Positions 9,947-21,988 are shown, numbered from the whole stretch's first letter. The stretch is DNA of 63,999 nucleotides, filler included, from Stramenopiles sp. TOSAG23-2 (GCA_900128395.1; 3 parts of 3 records of this genome joined end to end with filler, not necessarily neighbours in it), one strand, 5' to 3'. Numbers and translations: made by a program. The notes: generated by a model from the sequence alone, not told the origin.

Positions 9947-12900
9947 TTACCGTGATGGAGTTTCAGCTTGATATAACTCTTGCCATAATTTACTATCCCC
10001 TCCATAACCACTATCATACCATACTTGATAAATAAGTTCACTTGGTATAATATCAACGATGCCATCTTTGGAACCACCTTTTACTCCACCAAAAGTTATT
10101 AAATCACCATCCTTGATGATCACTTTATTATCGTACCCAGGACGAATTCGTTTTGCATTCAAAAATGTGCCATTTGTGCTATGTAAATCTGCTATATGAA
10201 TTTCTCGTTTTTGTAATTTACGATTAAAGCTGGAGAAAAAAGCGCAATGCACTTTGCTAATTATGCCACGATTTACATTACTATTCATTCTAACATCACA
10301 TTGGCTACCACGACCAATACGGAAAGGAGATGAGTTTATATCAATACGATGCATTAAACCATTGTAACACGTTTTTGAATTTTGTCGCCGTGGATCTTGT
10401 ACTAGTTTTAAAACAGGATATGGTGGTTCAATGAATTTTGACTGTAATTCAGGTGAGGCTTGTGAATATATAACGGGTATCCCATGCCTATCGTGCTTCT
10501 TCTTCAATGCTGATAAAATTGGACGTTGAAATTTCAAAGTAAATCTCGTGTTTAACAATGCAACTTTTTCCATATGTCGTTTGTTTGCCGTTTCTTTTTG
10601 CTGGATTTCTTGTTGCTTTACAAACTCTGCAGTTTGTTTTTTTAATTTGACCATCATTTGCTGTTGTTTCAATTTTATTTCCATCAATCTTTGCCGCCGT
10701 TTCAATTCTTTTGCCTCATGTGCTGCTTTGTGTTTCGAAAACTTCAGTTCATCCTGACTCATATGTTTCATTTTATGTAATTCAATTTCTGCCATTGATT
10801 TAAATTTCTGTGTATACTGAACTTTTATAGGACACCTTGGACAACGCCAATTTGATACAAATTCAGCTTGTTTCTTCTTTGCTCGCATACGTCGTGCAAA
10901 TTCAATTTCAACACGGCGTGCTTCTAACTTCTTTTGTCTTTCTATTTCTTCTAAACGCGCGATTTCTTTTTTCTCTTTGTATGATATCCTGCCTAAATAA
11001 CCTCTAAACACACGTTGTATTTCCATCGATGCATTTTGACGAGGAATATAAGTTTCACAGAAAATTCTTATTTTCTCCCGATGCTTCAAAAATTTATATC
11101 GAATCTTTGATTTGCGCACACGCGCTTTGAAGGTGTATATTGAACGAATTCTGCGCCTTAATTTTTTTTTCATAGAAAATTTACGAAATGTATTTTGTAT
11201 AATTTTACTTGCACTTGTTCTAAATTTAGATTCTGCCATTAAATAATATTGTATATTATCTTCTAGCAATGCATGTTGATGTTGCATTGCATGTAACATC
11301 AGTGGCATCATATGGTCCATTCTCGCATTTTGCGCTGGTGCACACGAGGAAGGAAATTCATGTGCATGTATAAACGTTGTTAAAAAATATTTAGTTTCTC
11401 CATTTTCCAAGGCTCGTTCTGTTGAAACTTTATGCGGATACAACAATTTTATATCAGCATAATTTACGCCAAATGCAATGTCTCTATCATCAAATTGTAT
11501 TGTACATTCTGCCCTACGTCTATGTGATGCAACTTTTATATCTTCAATTGTCCCGACAAAAAACTTTGACCAGCCTTTTAAACGTGCCATACAACGTGTT
11601 CCTTTTGTATACCATTCAAAATGAGTCTTATCATCTATCCAAAGCTCTTTACCATTCTTTCCATACCAAGTATGTGGATCATGAGCTTTCATCAATTCAT
11701 TTTTACAAATATTATGTCGTTTAACAATTTCAGATAAGTATTTATTTCTGTGTTTCATATGTTTTTTTAATTCTTGAAACTTTTTTAATTCAATTTTATT
11801 TCGATCATCATATTTACAAAACTCATAACCACGCCGTTTCAATAAATCTGGCCCGTTTACTGGTCGCAATGCGATTGGATATTTGCCTCTAGCCTTAATT
11901 ATTTCAATTTGTTGATCGATTTTTTCCAAAAAATTGTTATATATCCACAAATCTTGATCCAATTGTAATTTAGCTTTTCTATCTTTTTCCTTAATCTGTT
12001 TAAATTGTTTTTCTTGAAGGGCGTGAATCGTATATGCTTGCTCGTATTGTAAACGATATTTCATAATGTTTTTGATTGTGCCTGTATAATTATCTAATAT
12101 TGACTCATATTTTAGCAGGTACCCTGTCACAAACTTATATAATACTTGACCTAAATCTACCGTCTTCTTATCTATTGAAGATGACTCTTCACTGGACTCT
12201 TCACTTGAATTATTATCTTCATCATTTTCGTTTAAATCATCTGCATCATCTTCCTCCTCTTCACAACCTATTTCCCAAGAATCAAAATCTTCAATATCAA
12301 AGTCACCAACGGAAATTCCAGCGTCTGTATCTTGTTTATAGAGCATTTCTATTAAGTCGATATATGGTTGAATTAATTCCCTAGTTTCTTCGTTTAGATC
12401 GAACATTGATTTATCAAGTCGTTTCTTTTCAATAGTTTTTACTATTGTTGAAAACTGTGCAAACATTCTACGATGCTTTTCTATGTTTTTTTCCATTTCT
12501 GGTACCTTTTTTAAATATTTTCGTTTTGATATATGATGTTTTAATTCGAATTTCAATCGAGTTAAATCTTCTTTTGCATGAAATGCATTTAATGTTGCCG
12601 TAATATATTCATATGGTTTTGAATATTCTTTTAAGATATGTTTAAGCTGATTTATCCAATTATTTTTAACGATGGTGCTAGTAGTGGTATTAATACTACC
12701 ATTATTGTTGCCCGTGTTGGACGATGTTGATAAACTAGTTAAAAATTTATATTGATTATCAGTGCGCTTAATATCTGCTGATAGACCAATTGCTTTACGG
12801 TGTTTTGAAGTATGCTTCGAAACAGCATCGTCAATATGTGTTTTGCTTTCATCGTCATTATCCCTTTCTTCAGCATTCTTCATTTCGATTTTATTATCTT

Positions 12901-13750
12901 CTTCCATCTCTTCCTCCTGATCAATATCGTGCCATCCATTTTCCATTATTTCATAATATATACTTTGTACAAAATCACTTTTTAAATCTTTTCCTAACTC
13001 TGCATTATATATGTCAATCGTATCATGTCTACAGAGAGGAAGTTGATTCGTTTTAATTATAATATGTAAAATATCAAACATAAATTTCGTATATAAAGTA
13101 GTTGGATCGTATGGTGGGACATAATCTTCTTTGTCTAATTGTTTTTTCTCTTTTGCACTTTTGCTTTCATATTCTAATACGGCGTTATGTGCTATTTGCA
13201 TTTCCTTTATAATTTTAACAGGAATTTTATCTACAATTTTTGATGCTATGTTTACTAAATTAATAGGATTTTCAATACTTTTTAATTTATAGACTTCATT
13301 TTCATATTTTGCATAATGATAATTTAAATCTTTCATACATGATTGCAATTCTGACTTTTCTACAAGATATTTGTTCATAATTTTACTGACGACAACGCGG
13401 CAATTTTTGGCAACATCTAATGCTTTTGCAGCTTCATCTTTGTAATGTTTTAGCACAAAATGTAATTCATTAATTTCATTATATTTATCCTCTATATCCT
13501 CTATCATTTTTGTTTTCAACATACGGGGTTTCATTAAATATAATGTATGATGTAACGTTTTTAGCGTTCTTTTTGACGTATCTATAAGTGTATGTACAGG
13601 TTCTTTGAAGGACGGTCGGCGTTCAAATGAAAGTTCTTCGTCGTATGATATATTTGAAGATGTATCAGACATACCATCGTCATTTTTCTTTTTTGGCTTT
13701 GGACCTTTTGGTAAAGGTGGTTTTGAAACATTATTTCTTCTTGACGACAT
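9947..13750 (-). CDS. Coiled-coil protein with Tudor-like, IQ, C2H2-like and C-terminal FHA domains
   Basis: FHA (FRIGRGSQCDV...ISKVHC...DLHSTNGTFLN), IQ (IQRVFRGYLGR), Tudor-like (CTIQFDDRD) and CPRC...H...H. Confidence 0.8.
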   Translation of the reverse strand: MSSRRNNVSKPPLPKGPKPKKKNDDGMSDTSSNISYDEELSFERRPSFKEPVHTLIDTSKRTLKTLHHTLYLMKPRMLKTKMIEDIEDKYNEINELHFVLKHYKDEAAKALDVAKNCRVVVSKIMNKYLVEKSELQSCMKDLNYHYAKYENEVYKLKSIENPINLVNIASKIVDKIPVKIIKEMQIAHNAVLEYESKSAKEKKQLDKEDYVPPYDPTTLYTKFMFDILHIIIKTNQLPLCRHDTIDIYNAELGKDLKSDFVQSIYYEIMENGWHDIDQEEEMEEDNKIEMKNAEERDNDDESKTHIDDAVSKHTSKHRKAIGLSADIKRTDNQYKFLTSLSTSSNTGNNNGSINTTTSTIVKNNWINQLKHILKEYSKPYEYITATLNAFHAKEDLTRLKFELKHHISKRKYLKKVPEMEKNIEKHRRMFAQFSTIVKTIEKKRLDKSMFDLNEETRELIQPYIDLIEMLYKQDTDAGISVGDFDIEDFDSWEIGCEEEEDDADDLNENDEDNNSSEESSEESSSIDKKTVDLGQVLYKFVTGYLLKYESILDNYTGTIKNIMKYRLQYEQAYTIHALQEKQFKQIKEKDRKAKLQLDQDLWIYNNFLEKIDQQIEIIKARGKYPIALRPVNGPDLLKRRGYEFCKYDDRNKIELKKFQELKKHMKHRNKYLSEIVKRHNICKNELMKAHDPHTWYGKNGKELWIDDKTHFEWYTKGTRCMARLKGWSKFFVGTIEDIKVASHRRRAECTIQFDDRDIAFGVNYADIKLLYPHKVSTERALENGETKYFLTTFIHAHEFPSSCAPAQNARMDHMMPLMLHAMQHQHALLEDNIQYYLMAESKFRTSASKIIQNTFRKFSMKKKLRRRIRSIYTFKARVRKSKIRYKFLKHREKIRIFCETYIPRQNASMEIQRVFRGYLGRISYKEKKEIARLEEIERQKKLEARRVEIEFARRMRAKKKQAEFVSNWRCPRCPIKVQYTQKFKSMAEIELHKMKHMSQDELKFSKHKAAHEAKELKRRQRLMEIKLKQQQMMVKLKKQTAEFVKQQEIQQKETANKRHMEKVALLNTRFTLKFQRPILSALKKKHDRHGIPVIYSQASPELQSKFIEPPYPVLKLVQDPRRQNSKTCYNGLMHRIDINSSPFRIGRGSQCDVRMNSNVNRGIISKVHCAFFSSFNRKLQKREIHIADLHSTNGTFLNAKRIRPGYDNKVIIKDGDLITFGGVKGGSKDGIVDIIPSELIYQVWYDSGYGGDSKLWQELYQAETPSR

Positions 13751-14322
13751 TGTTTGTAAACTAACTATATATATATTTATAGACGTGATTTACAATTTTG
13801 TTACAGTACCATATAGTTGTTATTTAAATAATTGAAGACATAATTGATTTACACACCAGCTAGGTTTTTTTTATATGAAGAATAGTATTTAATAATGCTG
13901 TTTACGTTTCATTTGTTTGTATTGTTTAATTTGCTTGTTTGAGATAATGGAATGTTATGTATAAATAGTCTATAGCAATAGTGTATTAATAGTTATTACA
14001 TGTATTTATATTATAGAAAGAAATATAGTTGTTACAACTATGATAAATAAAAAGGCTGTCGTCCAGCTTAAGCTGTGCTGTGATGCGATTTTTATTTTGA
14101 TGTCCGCTGGTCCGCCATCGGAAGTTGTAAATACCCTTTTCAACGACCTTAATTATATTAATTTTTTTAAATAATTTCAAATAATTGTTTGTTGACAAAA
14201 ACAAAACCAAACAAAACAATATAGTAGAAAAACAAATCCCACAAGATCTATTCACCATTATCATAAACAACGTTTTTCTTTTGTGATATCCCAGATATCA
14301 ATTAATTTATTATATTGCGAAA

Positions 14323-15216
14323 ATGAATATTTACGATCAGCATAGTTGTCCAAAACCACTATCGTCCACGATAGGAAATTTGGAAATTATCAATTCAAAT
14401 ACCTTGGAGCCTACAAAACTATTGAAGTTGTATAATAATTTAACAACCGTTAACGATAGCTTATTAGTAGTATTTTTGAGGCATGTTGCGTGAAACATGT
14501 GTTGGGATCGCGTGCATGAATTTATCGATTTGATAGATAAGATAGAACGAGAATCTCAACGAAAAAATAATAGTAAAACTCAATTAGTATTAATAGGATC
14601 TGCATCACCAAATAAAATGTATGAATTAGCAATGGAAACACACGTAGATCCAAATTTTGTATTTAGCGATATGGATGCGTGCTTATATAATGCTTTTGGC
14701 GCACAACGCGGTATTATTAACACTTTTACCTGGAAGCGTGGTATGGAAAATGTACACGGCTTTTTAGATTTTGGACGACAAGGATTGTGTAAATGTCGTT
14801 GGCCGATGTATAATGCAGGTATGTTAAAATGTCATATATATATATTCTTATAAAAACTCATTCTAACCCAATATTATAATAATTTGTTTTTTTTCATAGG
14901 TGACCCGTGGTTACAAGGTGGTGTCTTATTAATTAGTCGAGAATTACATAGTAGAAAAAGTAATATTGGTTGCATTTGGTATCATGTAATGGAAACAAGT
15001 CCTGGGTGGCCACGACATGATTTAAGCAAAATAAAAAATCTTATTAATCATGTACGTACAACTAATAATAGGAATATTGCAACCTTGGAGAAAGAAATCG
15101 TCAAATTAGCATCTTCGACCACTATGCAAACATTCATACAAACTATTATTTTTATTTTGTTTATCTATATATGGATTATATTACCATCAACACAACCACT
15201 TATCATGGTAGTATAA
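14323..15216 (+). CDS. Selenoprotein, AhpC/TSA-2 (PRXL2/SelU/SelL-like) thioredoxin fold; exons 14323-14818 and 14900-15216; Sec TGA at 14491-14493; about 270 aa
   Basis: ATG 14323 reads open to LVVFLRHVA-TGA-NMC (UxxC). Removing a GT..AG intron restores the family-type motif AGDPWLQGGVLLI; FSDMDACLYNAFG also matches the family. Confidence 0.85.
14819..14899 (+). other. Spliceosomal intron (81 nt)
   Basis: CAG|GTATGT donor, TTCTAAC branch site at 14861, pyrimidine tract and CATAG acceptor. Removal joins the two ORFs in frame. Confidence 0.88.
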
Positions 15217-15302
15217 CTAAAGATATATTGGAAAATTATTGCTACAAGATATGTAATAAAAAAATATAAAAATTGAGATGTGTGTGTGTATATTAATGAA
15301 CA

Positions 15303-15385
15303 ATATTTTTGTCTATGATTCGCTTATTGACCAAAACATAATAAAAGGCCAATAATAAAAATAATATGCGAGGAGACAATATATA
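15303..15385 (+). promoter_or_regulatory. Candidate SECIS element in 3' UTR
   Basis: ttgtct-ATGA-ttcgc-ttattgacc-AAAA...ggccaataa...gcga-gGA-gacaa: a lower helix, ATGA/GA core, upper helix and apical As. The 3' arm has a non-canonical bulge. Confidence 0.55.
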
Positions 15386-15805
15386 AATATTTTAAATATG
15401 TGTCACAAAGTAACATGTTTGTTGTAAATTATAATTTTTATTTGAAAACAGTATTACCGAATGTTCTATTAGAAAAGTGTTAAATAAAATTAATATATAG
15501 ATATAATACATTTTATCCGAGTAGTAAAAGTAGAGTGTGTACAGATTTTACAGTCTGTGGTAGTACTGTTCGTGTAAATAAAAAATAATTATGATAGTTT
15601 TAATTCAAAAATTTATTCTGATTTCCTTCCTGATTTCTGATTTTTAAAAACTATTTATGCACTTATATCTAATATTAATAATATGGGCTGGAGTAATCTA
15701 TCAAGTAAGTAAGGTACTATTTATATAAGTGCATAATAAGAAGGGATTATAGGATATTATAGGATTGCGAAAGATGCGAAAGATTAAAATATAGATGTGC
15801 ACTAA

Positions 15806-16018
15806 TATAAAGATCCACCATATAGATATAAACATGTAGTTAAATATGACAATGGAGAACAAGAAGAAATTAAGCTTGGAGTGTGGTGTGCCATCACTCA
15901 AAGGGAAGCAAAGAAGGGACAAGGTAATTATGCAATAACAAAAAAGCAAATAAAACAACTCTCTAAAATTGGTTTTAAATGGAATCCCAAGAAGGGGAGG
16001 AGTGTACATAAAAAATAA
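15806..16018 (+). pseudogene. Helicase-associated (HA) domain fragment or terminal exon
   Basis: Frame reads PPYRYKHVVKYDNGEQEEIKLGVWCAITQREAKKGQGNYAITKKQIKQLSKIGFKWNP, matching the HA pattern P...LG.W...QR......I..L..IGF.W. There is no in-frame ATG. Confidence 0.7.
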
Positions 16019-16840
16019 AAAAATACATTTCTTGAAATCCTATCTACATGCTCACATCATCAGTGGAAAAATATAATATATGTGCGAAGTGTATTGTTAC
16101 AAAGCGTACAAAATAAATATATATATTGGCAAGAGAGAGAGAGAGAGTTTTATGTTTTAAAAATATATACGAGCGTACAAACGTATTACACAGAGAATAT
16201 TTATTTTGTTTAATTTATAAAACGTAATTATTTTAGCTTCTGCTGCTGATTTCTTAACCAAATGTCTGTATTTTACAAAAAAAATGTTTTTTTTTCTATT
16301 CTTCAATATATAAATATATATATATATATTAATGTATCGGTTGTAATGTTTGATAATATATGAATCTGATAATATTGTAATGACGTTTATTGATTTTACG
16401 ATCAGAATGTTTTGTATATATATGATTGATTGATTGATTGATCTACCATCGATATGGATATATATATTTTTATCCATCACAAATAAAATGTAAATAATAA
16501 CGTACATATATAATAATGAATAAGCAACAATGAAACGCTGAGGAAAATAAAGAGGTTAAGGTTTTAATTCCTCGAGGGTGATAGGAGAAAATAACACTAC
16601 AAATATCATGTACTGCGACAGCCTTTATTTTTTTTTTTTTGATGTAACAGTTAAGAAAACAACAACAACACCTACATATAACAGTAACTAAATACAACAG
16701 GTATATATATTAAATATACATATACAGAGATAGATAACTTGTATGGAAGAAAAAAAACATATCAACAATAGAAAACCAAAACATTTGTCCTGAAAAGTTG
16801 TTTCTATAGGCAAAGGTATTGATATAACTAATAATCAAGC

Positions 16841-19800
16841 ATGGACGATACGAAAACGGAAGAACCATCCAATGAAAATCCAAATGTAAAAAATACTAAT
16901 GAAGAAAATAATAACGATGAGAGTAATAATAATAAAAATAATCCAAAAACACCACGAAACTTAATCATCGATACATCTGTACAACAAGCACCTAATACAC
17001 CATTATCACCATTATCTCCTCTTGAACCACAATCACCTATGACAACATCCAACATCGATAGACATGGGAATCCATCCTCGCCATCATTTAAATATGATTC
17101 ATCGTCGGATGAAGAGGATGAAACGGCACCAAAAGAAAAATCTGGTATGGATATAATGATGTCTTTAGAAGGTTCTGCGTTAAATGAACTTAGAGCACAG
17201 TTTGAAAAAAAAGAGCAAGAAGAAGGCGATGGTCTAGACTTACCAGAATTTGTTGAAACGTTTTTGCAATTTTTAAAACCAAGCAAAGAAACACGTAAAT
17301 ATTTAGTCACTGATTTAGTAGAATTATTTCATCAAATTGATATAAATGGCGATGGAACTTGTGAGTGGGAAGAGTTCACGTCATATTGTGTAGAAGCAGG
17401 TTTATTAGCTACAAGACGTGTGAAAATCCCATTAAAATATCAATATGTACAGGATAAACGCTTAGGTAATATAGAAGGGTCAAAAGGTGAAATTGCTGGT
17501 GTGACATGGTTACCAGACATACAACGCTTAGCGGTTAGTTCAGTTGGCTCACATGTTTTGCAAATGTATAATTCTGATTTTGTTTTACGTGGTATTGTTG
17601 ATTTAAAAGTCGGGCTTGAGCGACTTTTGGCGGAATCAAACGAGGAGGAAGGGCATCAATTAAAAGATCCAGATTCCATAGAAGCTAGTATATTAGCATG
17701 TTGCTATGTCGAAAGGCAGAATTTATTGATTATGGCAACAAGTGATTTAGCAATAACAATGTGGGAAGTTGGGATACAAGCCAAGAATCCATTCATACAC
17801 CAAAGCACCGTTGTAAAGGATGACGAATATCGATTTGCTGGAATCGTACAAGCTGGTGCAATGATTTTGACATTGAAATATTGTCCACATATCGAAATGG
17901 TTTGGGCTGTTGGTGGACACGACGTTTTGCATGGCCATGGAAAACATAAACGCAGCAATGATAGCGATGATGAAGTTGATGAGGTTAGTCAAAATGATCA
18001 ACCTGGGATTATACAAGGGTATGCATTGAAATTAATTCCAAGTCCAGGAACGAAAGAAAATTGGGAATTAGTCCCTCACATACTTTTAGATGGGTTTCAT
18101 AGAGCATGTACAATGGATATCTTAGAGATTCCATCGGATGGAGTTTTAGTTACTGCATCTATAGATAAAAAAAGGAATTTAGGAGTTTGGGATATGCAAA
18201 CGGGAAAGTTTAAATCCAAATTGATTGGCCATAAACGAGGTGTAGTTTCAATAGCATTTGCAGATGAATATAAATTGTTATTAAGTGCAGGATTTGAATA
18301 TGATGCATTAATATGGGATGTTAAAGGTAGCAAATATCCAATTATGACAATACATGGACATCATGCACCGTTAATCGGGATACGTGTTGTACCATTTGCA
18401 AGTGGCACAAGGGCAATAACAGCAGATCGCAAAGGAGTGTTTCGTATGTGGGACATCAGGCGTTCCACGCACACGAAAGCATTGCAATTAGAAGCATGGG
18501 AAGATACTACTGAAGTTGGTGGTTTTCGCCCAAAGAGTTATGACATCATGACTCCAGGAAGAGATTGCGTTGCATCTGGATATAGCATGCATGTTTTTAG
18601 ATGCAGAAGAAAAAGGACAACGGAGGCAATACCATCAATTGTCATTTACAACGATGAGTTTATGCAATTTGCAGTGGCATTTGATAATGATGTATTTTTA
18701 TATAGTGCTGCTACAGGCAAACAAACACAGCATTATCGTAATATAGGAAAAAGTGCGATCACATCCATGTGTTTAGATAGACGCAGTAGGAAACTTATTA
18801 TAGGGTATCATGGAGGTGCTATATTAGTACATAATTTCATGAATGGTGCAGTAATGAAGAAATTTACGGGCCATACAAATGATGTTACCGCATTGCAATT
18901 TGCCGGTCCAGACGATTGTTTAATAAGTACATCATGGGACAAATCTATTCGTGTCTTCGATGAAGCAGCACCTGGGGAAGGTTTGCATCATCCTCCCAGT
19001 GGTCCAGTACTGCGTAGTGTAACCGATATCCACAATCGTGATGTTGGATGCATGGCATTTTCACATTCATTAAACTTAATTGCAACTGCTGCCACAGATT
19101 TTGTCGTGAGAATTTGGGATTTTCAACATTTAAAAATGGAAAAATATGGTAATTGCGTATCGCACAAAGCAGAAATCACGTCAATTATATTTATTGAACC
19201 ATACCCATTATTAGCAAGTGCAGATTGTATTGGCAAAGTATGTCTATGGGCTGTTAGGCCTGATTTACATCGTGGAAGACTACTCTTTTCATTTGAAAAT
19301 ATGGCTATTGTAAATACTTTCGTAAGCGCGAAGAAAATGGAGAAAATATTGAAAAAAGAAAAGCAAGAAAAATTTGCTTTTTTAACCGGTATTCCAATCC
19401 CGGAAGATGAAAAAATAGATAGTGATGATGAGGAAGAAAATGATTTGCAGCCAATAGCTATAAATGATATGAAATTAGGAAAAGTAGATAATGATGGTAA
19501 TCTCGTCATAATTTATACTGGGGATGATTTAGGATGCATAAAAAAATGGAACTTGAACCAAATAGTTAAACATTATGATATCCAAAAGCCGAAGAAATCG
19601 GTGACACAATTAAACAGTTACAACGCAAGACGTCGTTCATTTCGTTCTGGCAAAGCAGATTGGGCATCGGACAGAAAAAAAATGGACCCACTTAGCAGAG
19701 GGGGTGGCACGTCGCCGTTGTTTGCAAGGCAATCTATTATGAGTATGGATGAAAATATTTGTAAAGCAACATTGATGAAAACATGGAAAGCACACAACGA

Positions 19801-21568
19801 AGCAATAAATAATATAGAAGTTGTTAATCATCGACCATATTGTATCGTTTCGACATCGATGGATTTAAGTGTCCGAGTATGGTCTCATGAAGGTGCAAAG
19901 CTGGGTTCGTTAGGATTAAGTAGAATTGAAAAGCAACGAGCCGGAATCGGTGTGCCAAAGATACCTAAATGGGAACTATTTCCGCCAATAAAACATAAAC
20001 GGCATGATCGGCTAAGACATGGTAAAGTTGTATTACGAGACGTGGACGAACGAGCATATAAAGCAAGGCAATTGTTAAGAAGAATGTCATTGCGAACACC
20101 ATTATCATCACGCCTATCACACCGTCCAGAATCACCAAAGATAGTATCAAAAGCCAGTATTAAATTTGAAAAAATATTGACTCAAATGGATGGTGGTGAC
20201 GAAGATGGGGTCTCTTTACCAGCTCTGAAAAAGGCTAGAGGGCCATTTTATAAACATTTTAAGCATGAAATGGTTTCAAGAGAGCGAGATGTACAAGGTG
20301 CAATAGCACGTATTGAAGTTGATACAGCGTTATCGCCATTTTTAAAACAGAAGCTGGGAGACAATTGGAAATCACCAGAATCGAAAAGGCAAGAAAAAAT
20401 GAAAAAGAAAAAAGAAACGGAATTAGCAAGAGCCAAAGCTGAAGAGGATGCATTAGTAAAAGCTAGCAGAAAGAAACCAAAACGTGGGAAAACGCCACAA
20501 AAACAGGAAGCAACACCAAAAAAAATGCCTATTAAATTAGCAAAATTAGATACGAAAAAAGTACAATCAGCACCTGCATTATTAGGACTAGATGATATTT
20601 TTGGAGCAAACTCATCTTTATTATTTGAAGATAGTTCTTCAGCCTTACTACCTCCCTCTACTGCAAATAGCATGTCGATGGATACAAAGCCTGCTCAATC
20701 GCCAGAGGTAACGGAGGCCATCAAAGTGCGAAAACGTATACGAATGAGAAAGGCCTTAACTAAGGCAAATTCAATGTTGGCGGAGGCTGAGTTGATGGAA
20801 AACATGGACCATACTGATGACGACAAGGAACGTTTACGCGCAGTGACATCAACCATATTTGGTGCTAGAGCAGCAAGTGAAATTCCATTGAGCAAATCAA
20901 AGTCAAAGCAAAAAGAAGGAAGCTCCGGTGGTCATAAACACTTAAAACGCTTTGGTCCATATACCGTTAATGATATTTCAGCAGTTCGAGCATTATTCAA
21001 TTCGTATGATGAAGATGGTAGTGGTGAAATCGATGCGAGTGAATTCATATCAGCAGCAAATATGCAAAACTCTCATTTATTTGAAAATGCTGGGAGTATG
21101 TTTGCTAGCATAGACAAGGATGGCAGTGGTACTGTGAATTTTGTTGAAATGTGTGAAGTTTTGTTCCCAAATTTGGAAAAGCATGTTTATGATGAAATGT
21201 TAGAGTATGTTACTTCCGATGAGAAAAAAAATAGAAAACATCGCGAAGTTCAATTAAAAGACCATCAAATAGAAGAGATCAAACAAATTTTCCGCTTATA
21301 TGATGTTGATGCAAGTGGCGGTATTACCGTGGAAGAATTATATTTAGCATTAGCCAGTTCACATGGAAGTGGTGTTGAAGAATTTGAAAGCTACTTTAGC
21401 ATTCAAGAGTTGCGTGACTTAGTCTTGCAATATGATGATGATGGTAACGAAACTCTTGAAATCGAGGAATTTGTAGCCTTGTTTCATGATAATTTTTACG
21501 GGGATGTAAATGAGGAAGAAGAAGATAAAAATAAAGATGGCCCTCCTGGTCCAACGTTTTTAGATTAA
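16841..21568 (+). CDS. EF-hand and WD40 repeat protein (WDR49/EFCAB8-like)
   Basis: N-terminal EF-hand (DINGDGTCEWEEF), multiple GH...WD repeats and four C-terminal EF-hands. Confidence 0.88.
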   Translation: MDDTKTEEPSNENPNVKNTNEENNNDESNNNKNNPKTPRNLIIDTSVQQAPNTPLSPLSPLEPQSPMTTSNIDRHGNPSSPSFKYDSSSDEEDETAPKEKSGMDIMMSLEGSALNELRAQFEKKEQEEGDGLDLPEFVETFLQFLKPSKETRKYLVTDLVELFHQIDINGDGTCEWEEFTSYCVEAGLLATRRVKIPLKYQYVQDKRLGNIEGSKGEIAGVTWLPDIQRLAVSSVGSHVLQMYNSDFVLRGIVDLKVGLERLLAESNEEEGHQLKDPDSIEASILACCYVERQNLLIMATSDLAITMWEVGIQAKNPFIHQSTVVKDDEYRFAGIVQAGAMILTLKYCPHIEMVWAVGGHDVLHGHGKHKRSNDSDDEVDEVSQNDQPGIIQGYALKLIPSPGTKENWELVPHILLDGFHRACTMDILEIPSDGVLVTASIDKKRNLGVWDMQTGKFKSKLIGHKRGVVSIAFADEYKLLLSAGFEYDALIWDVKGSKYPIMTIHGHHAPLIGIRVVPFASGTRAITADRKGVFRMWDIRRSTHTKALQLEAWEDTTEVGGFRPKSYDIMTPGRDCVASGYSMHVFRCRRKRTTEAIPSIVIYNDEFMQFAVAFDNDVFLYSAATGKQTQHYRNIGKSAITSMCLDRRSRKLIIGYHGGAILVHNFMNGAVMKKFTGHTNDVTALQFAGPDDCLISTSWDKSIRVFDEAAPGEGLHHPPSGPVLRSVTDIHNRDVGCMAFSHSLNLIATAATDFVVRIWDFQHLKMEKYGNCVSHKAEITSIIFIEPYPLLASADCIGKVCLWAVRPDLHRGRLLFSFENMAIVNTFVSAKKMEKILKKEKQEKFAFLTGIPIPEDEKIDSDDEEENDLQPIAINDMKLGKVDNDGNLVIIYTGDDLGCIKKWNLNQIVKHYDIQKPKKSVTQLNSYNARRRSFRSGKADWASDRKKMDPLSRGGGTSPLFARQSIMSMDENICKATLMKTWKAHNEAINNIEVVNHRPYCIVSTSMDLSVRVWSHEGAKLGSLGLSRIEKQRAGIGVPKIPKWELFPPIKHKRHDRLRHGKVVLRDVDERAYKARQLLRRMSLRTPLSSRLSHRPESPKIVSKASIKFEKILTQMDGGDEDGVSLPALKKARGPFYKHFKHEMVSRERDVQGAIARIEVDTALSPFLKQKLGDNWKSPESKRQEKMKKKKETELARAKAEEDALVKASRKKPKRGKTPQKQEATPKKMPIKLAKLDTKKVQSAPALLGLDDIFGANSSLLFEDSSSALLPPSTANSMSMDTKPAQSPEVTEAIKVRKRIRMRKALTKANSMLAEAELMENMDHTDDDKERLRAVTSTIFGARAASEIPLSKSKSKQKEGSSGGHKHLKRFGPYTVNDISAVRALFNSYDEDGSGEIDASEFISAANMQNSHLFENAGSMFASIDKDGSGTVNFVEMCEVLFPNLEKHVYDEMLEYVTSDEKKNRKHREVQLKDHQIEEIKQIFRLYDVDASGGITVEELYLALASSHGSGVEEFESYFSIQELRDLVLQYDDDGNETLEIEEFVALFHDNFYGDVNEEEEDKNKDGPPGPTFLD

Positions 21569-21988
21569 ATTAGAGGGGAGGAAAAAGAGAGATAAAAAGA
21601 GATCACATATAATAATATTTATTTCAATAATATATCTCTCCAATGCAATAAAGAATTCTTTCTCTAAGAGAATTTTTTTTAACCTCTTACCACACCACAC
21701 GTGCACATCCTTCCGATACAAAATAGAAAATCAAAATATTTTACGAATTTCGTATGTATTCATTTAAATATCAATATCATATCATTTAAATGTATCATAC
21801 ACAAAAAATATATAAATATACGACTTCGAACGAATCGTAAATAATTCTTCCCCTAACTAGTTACTACCCTGGAACTTCTCAAAAAACATTTATACAAAAA
21901 TATATAAATATTGATACAGGTAAATATATATAAGAGCAACAGTTATATATATATATATGCAATATATACAGTATCATTTAATTCTAAA

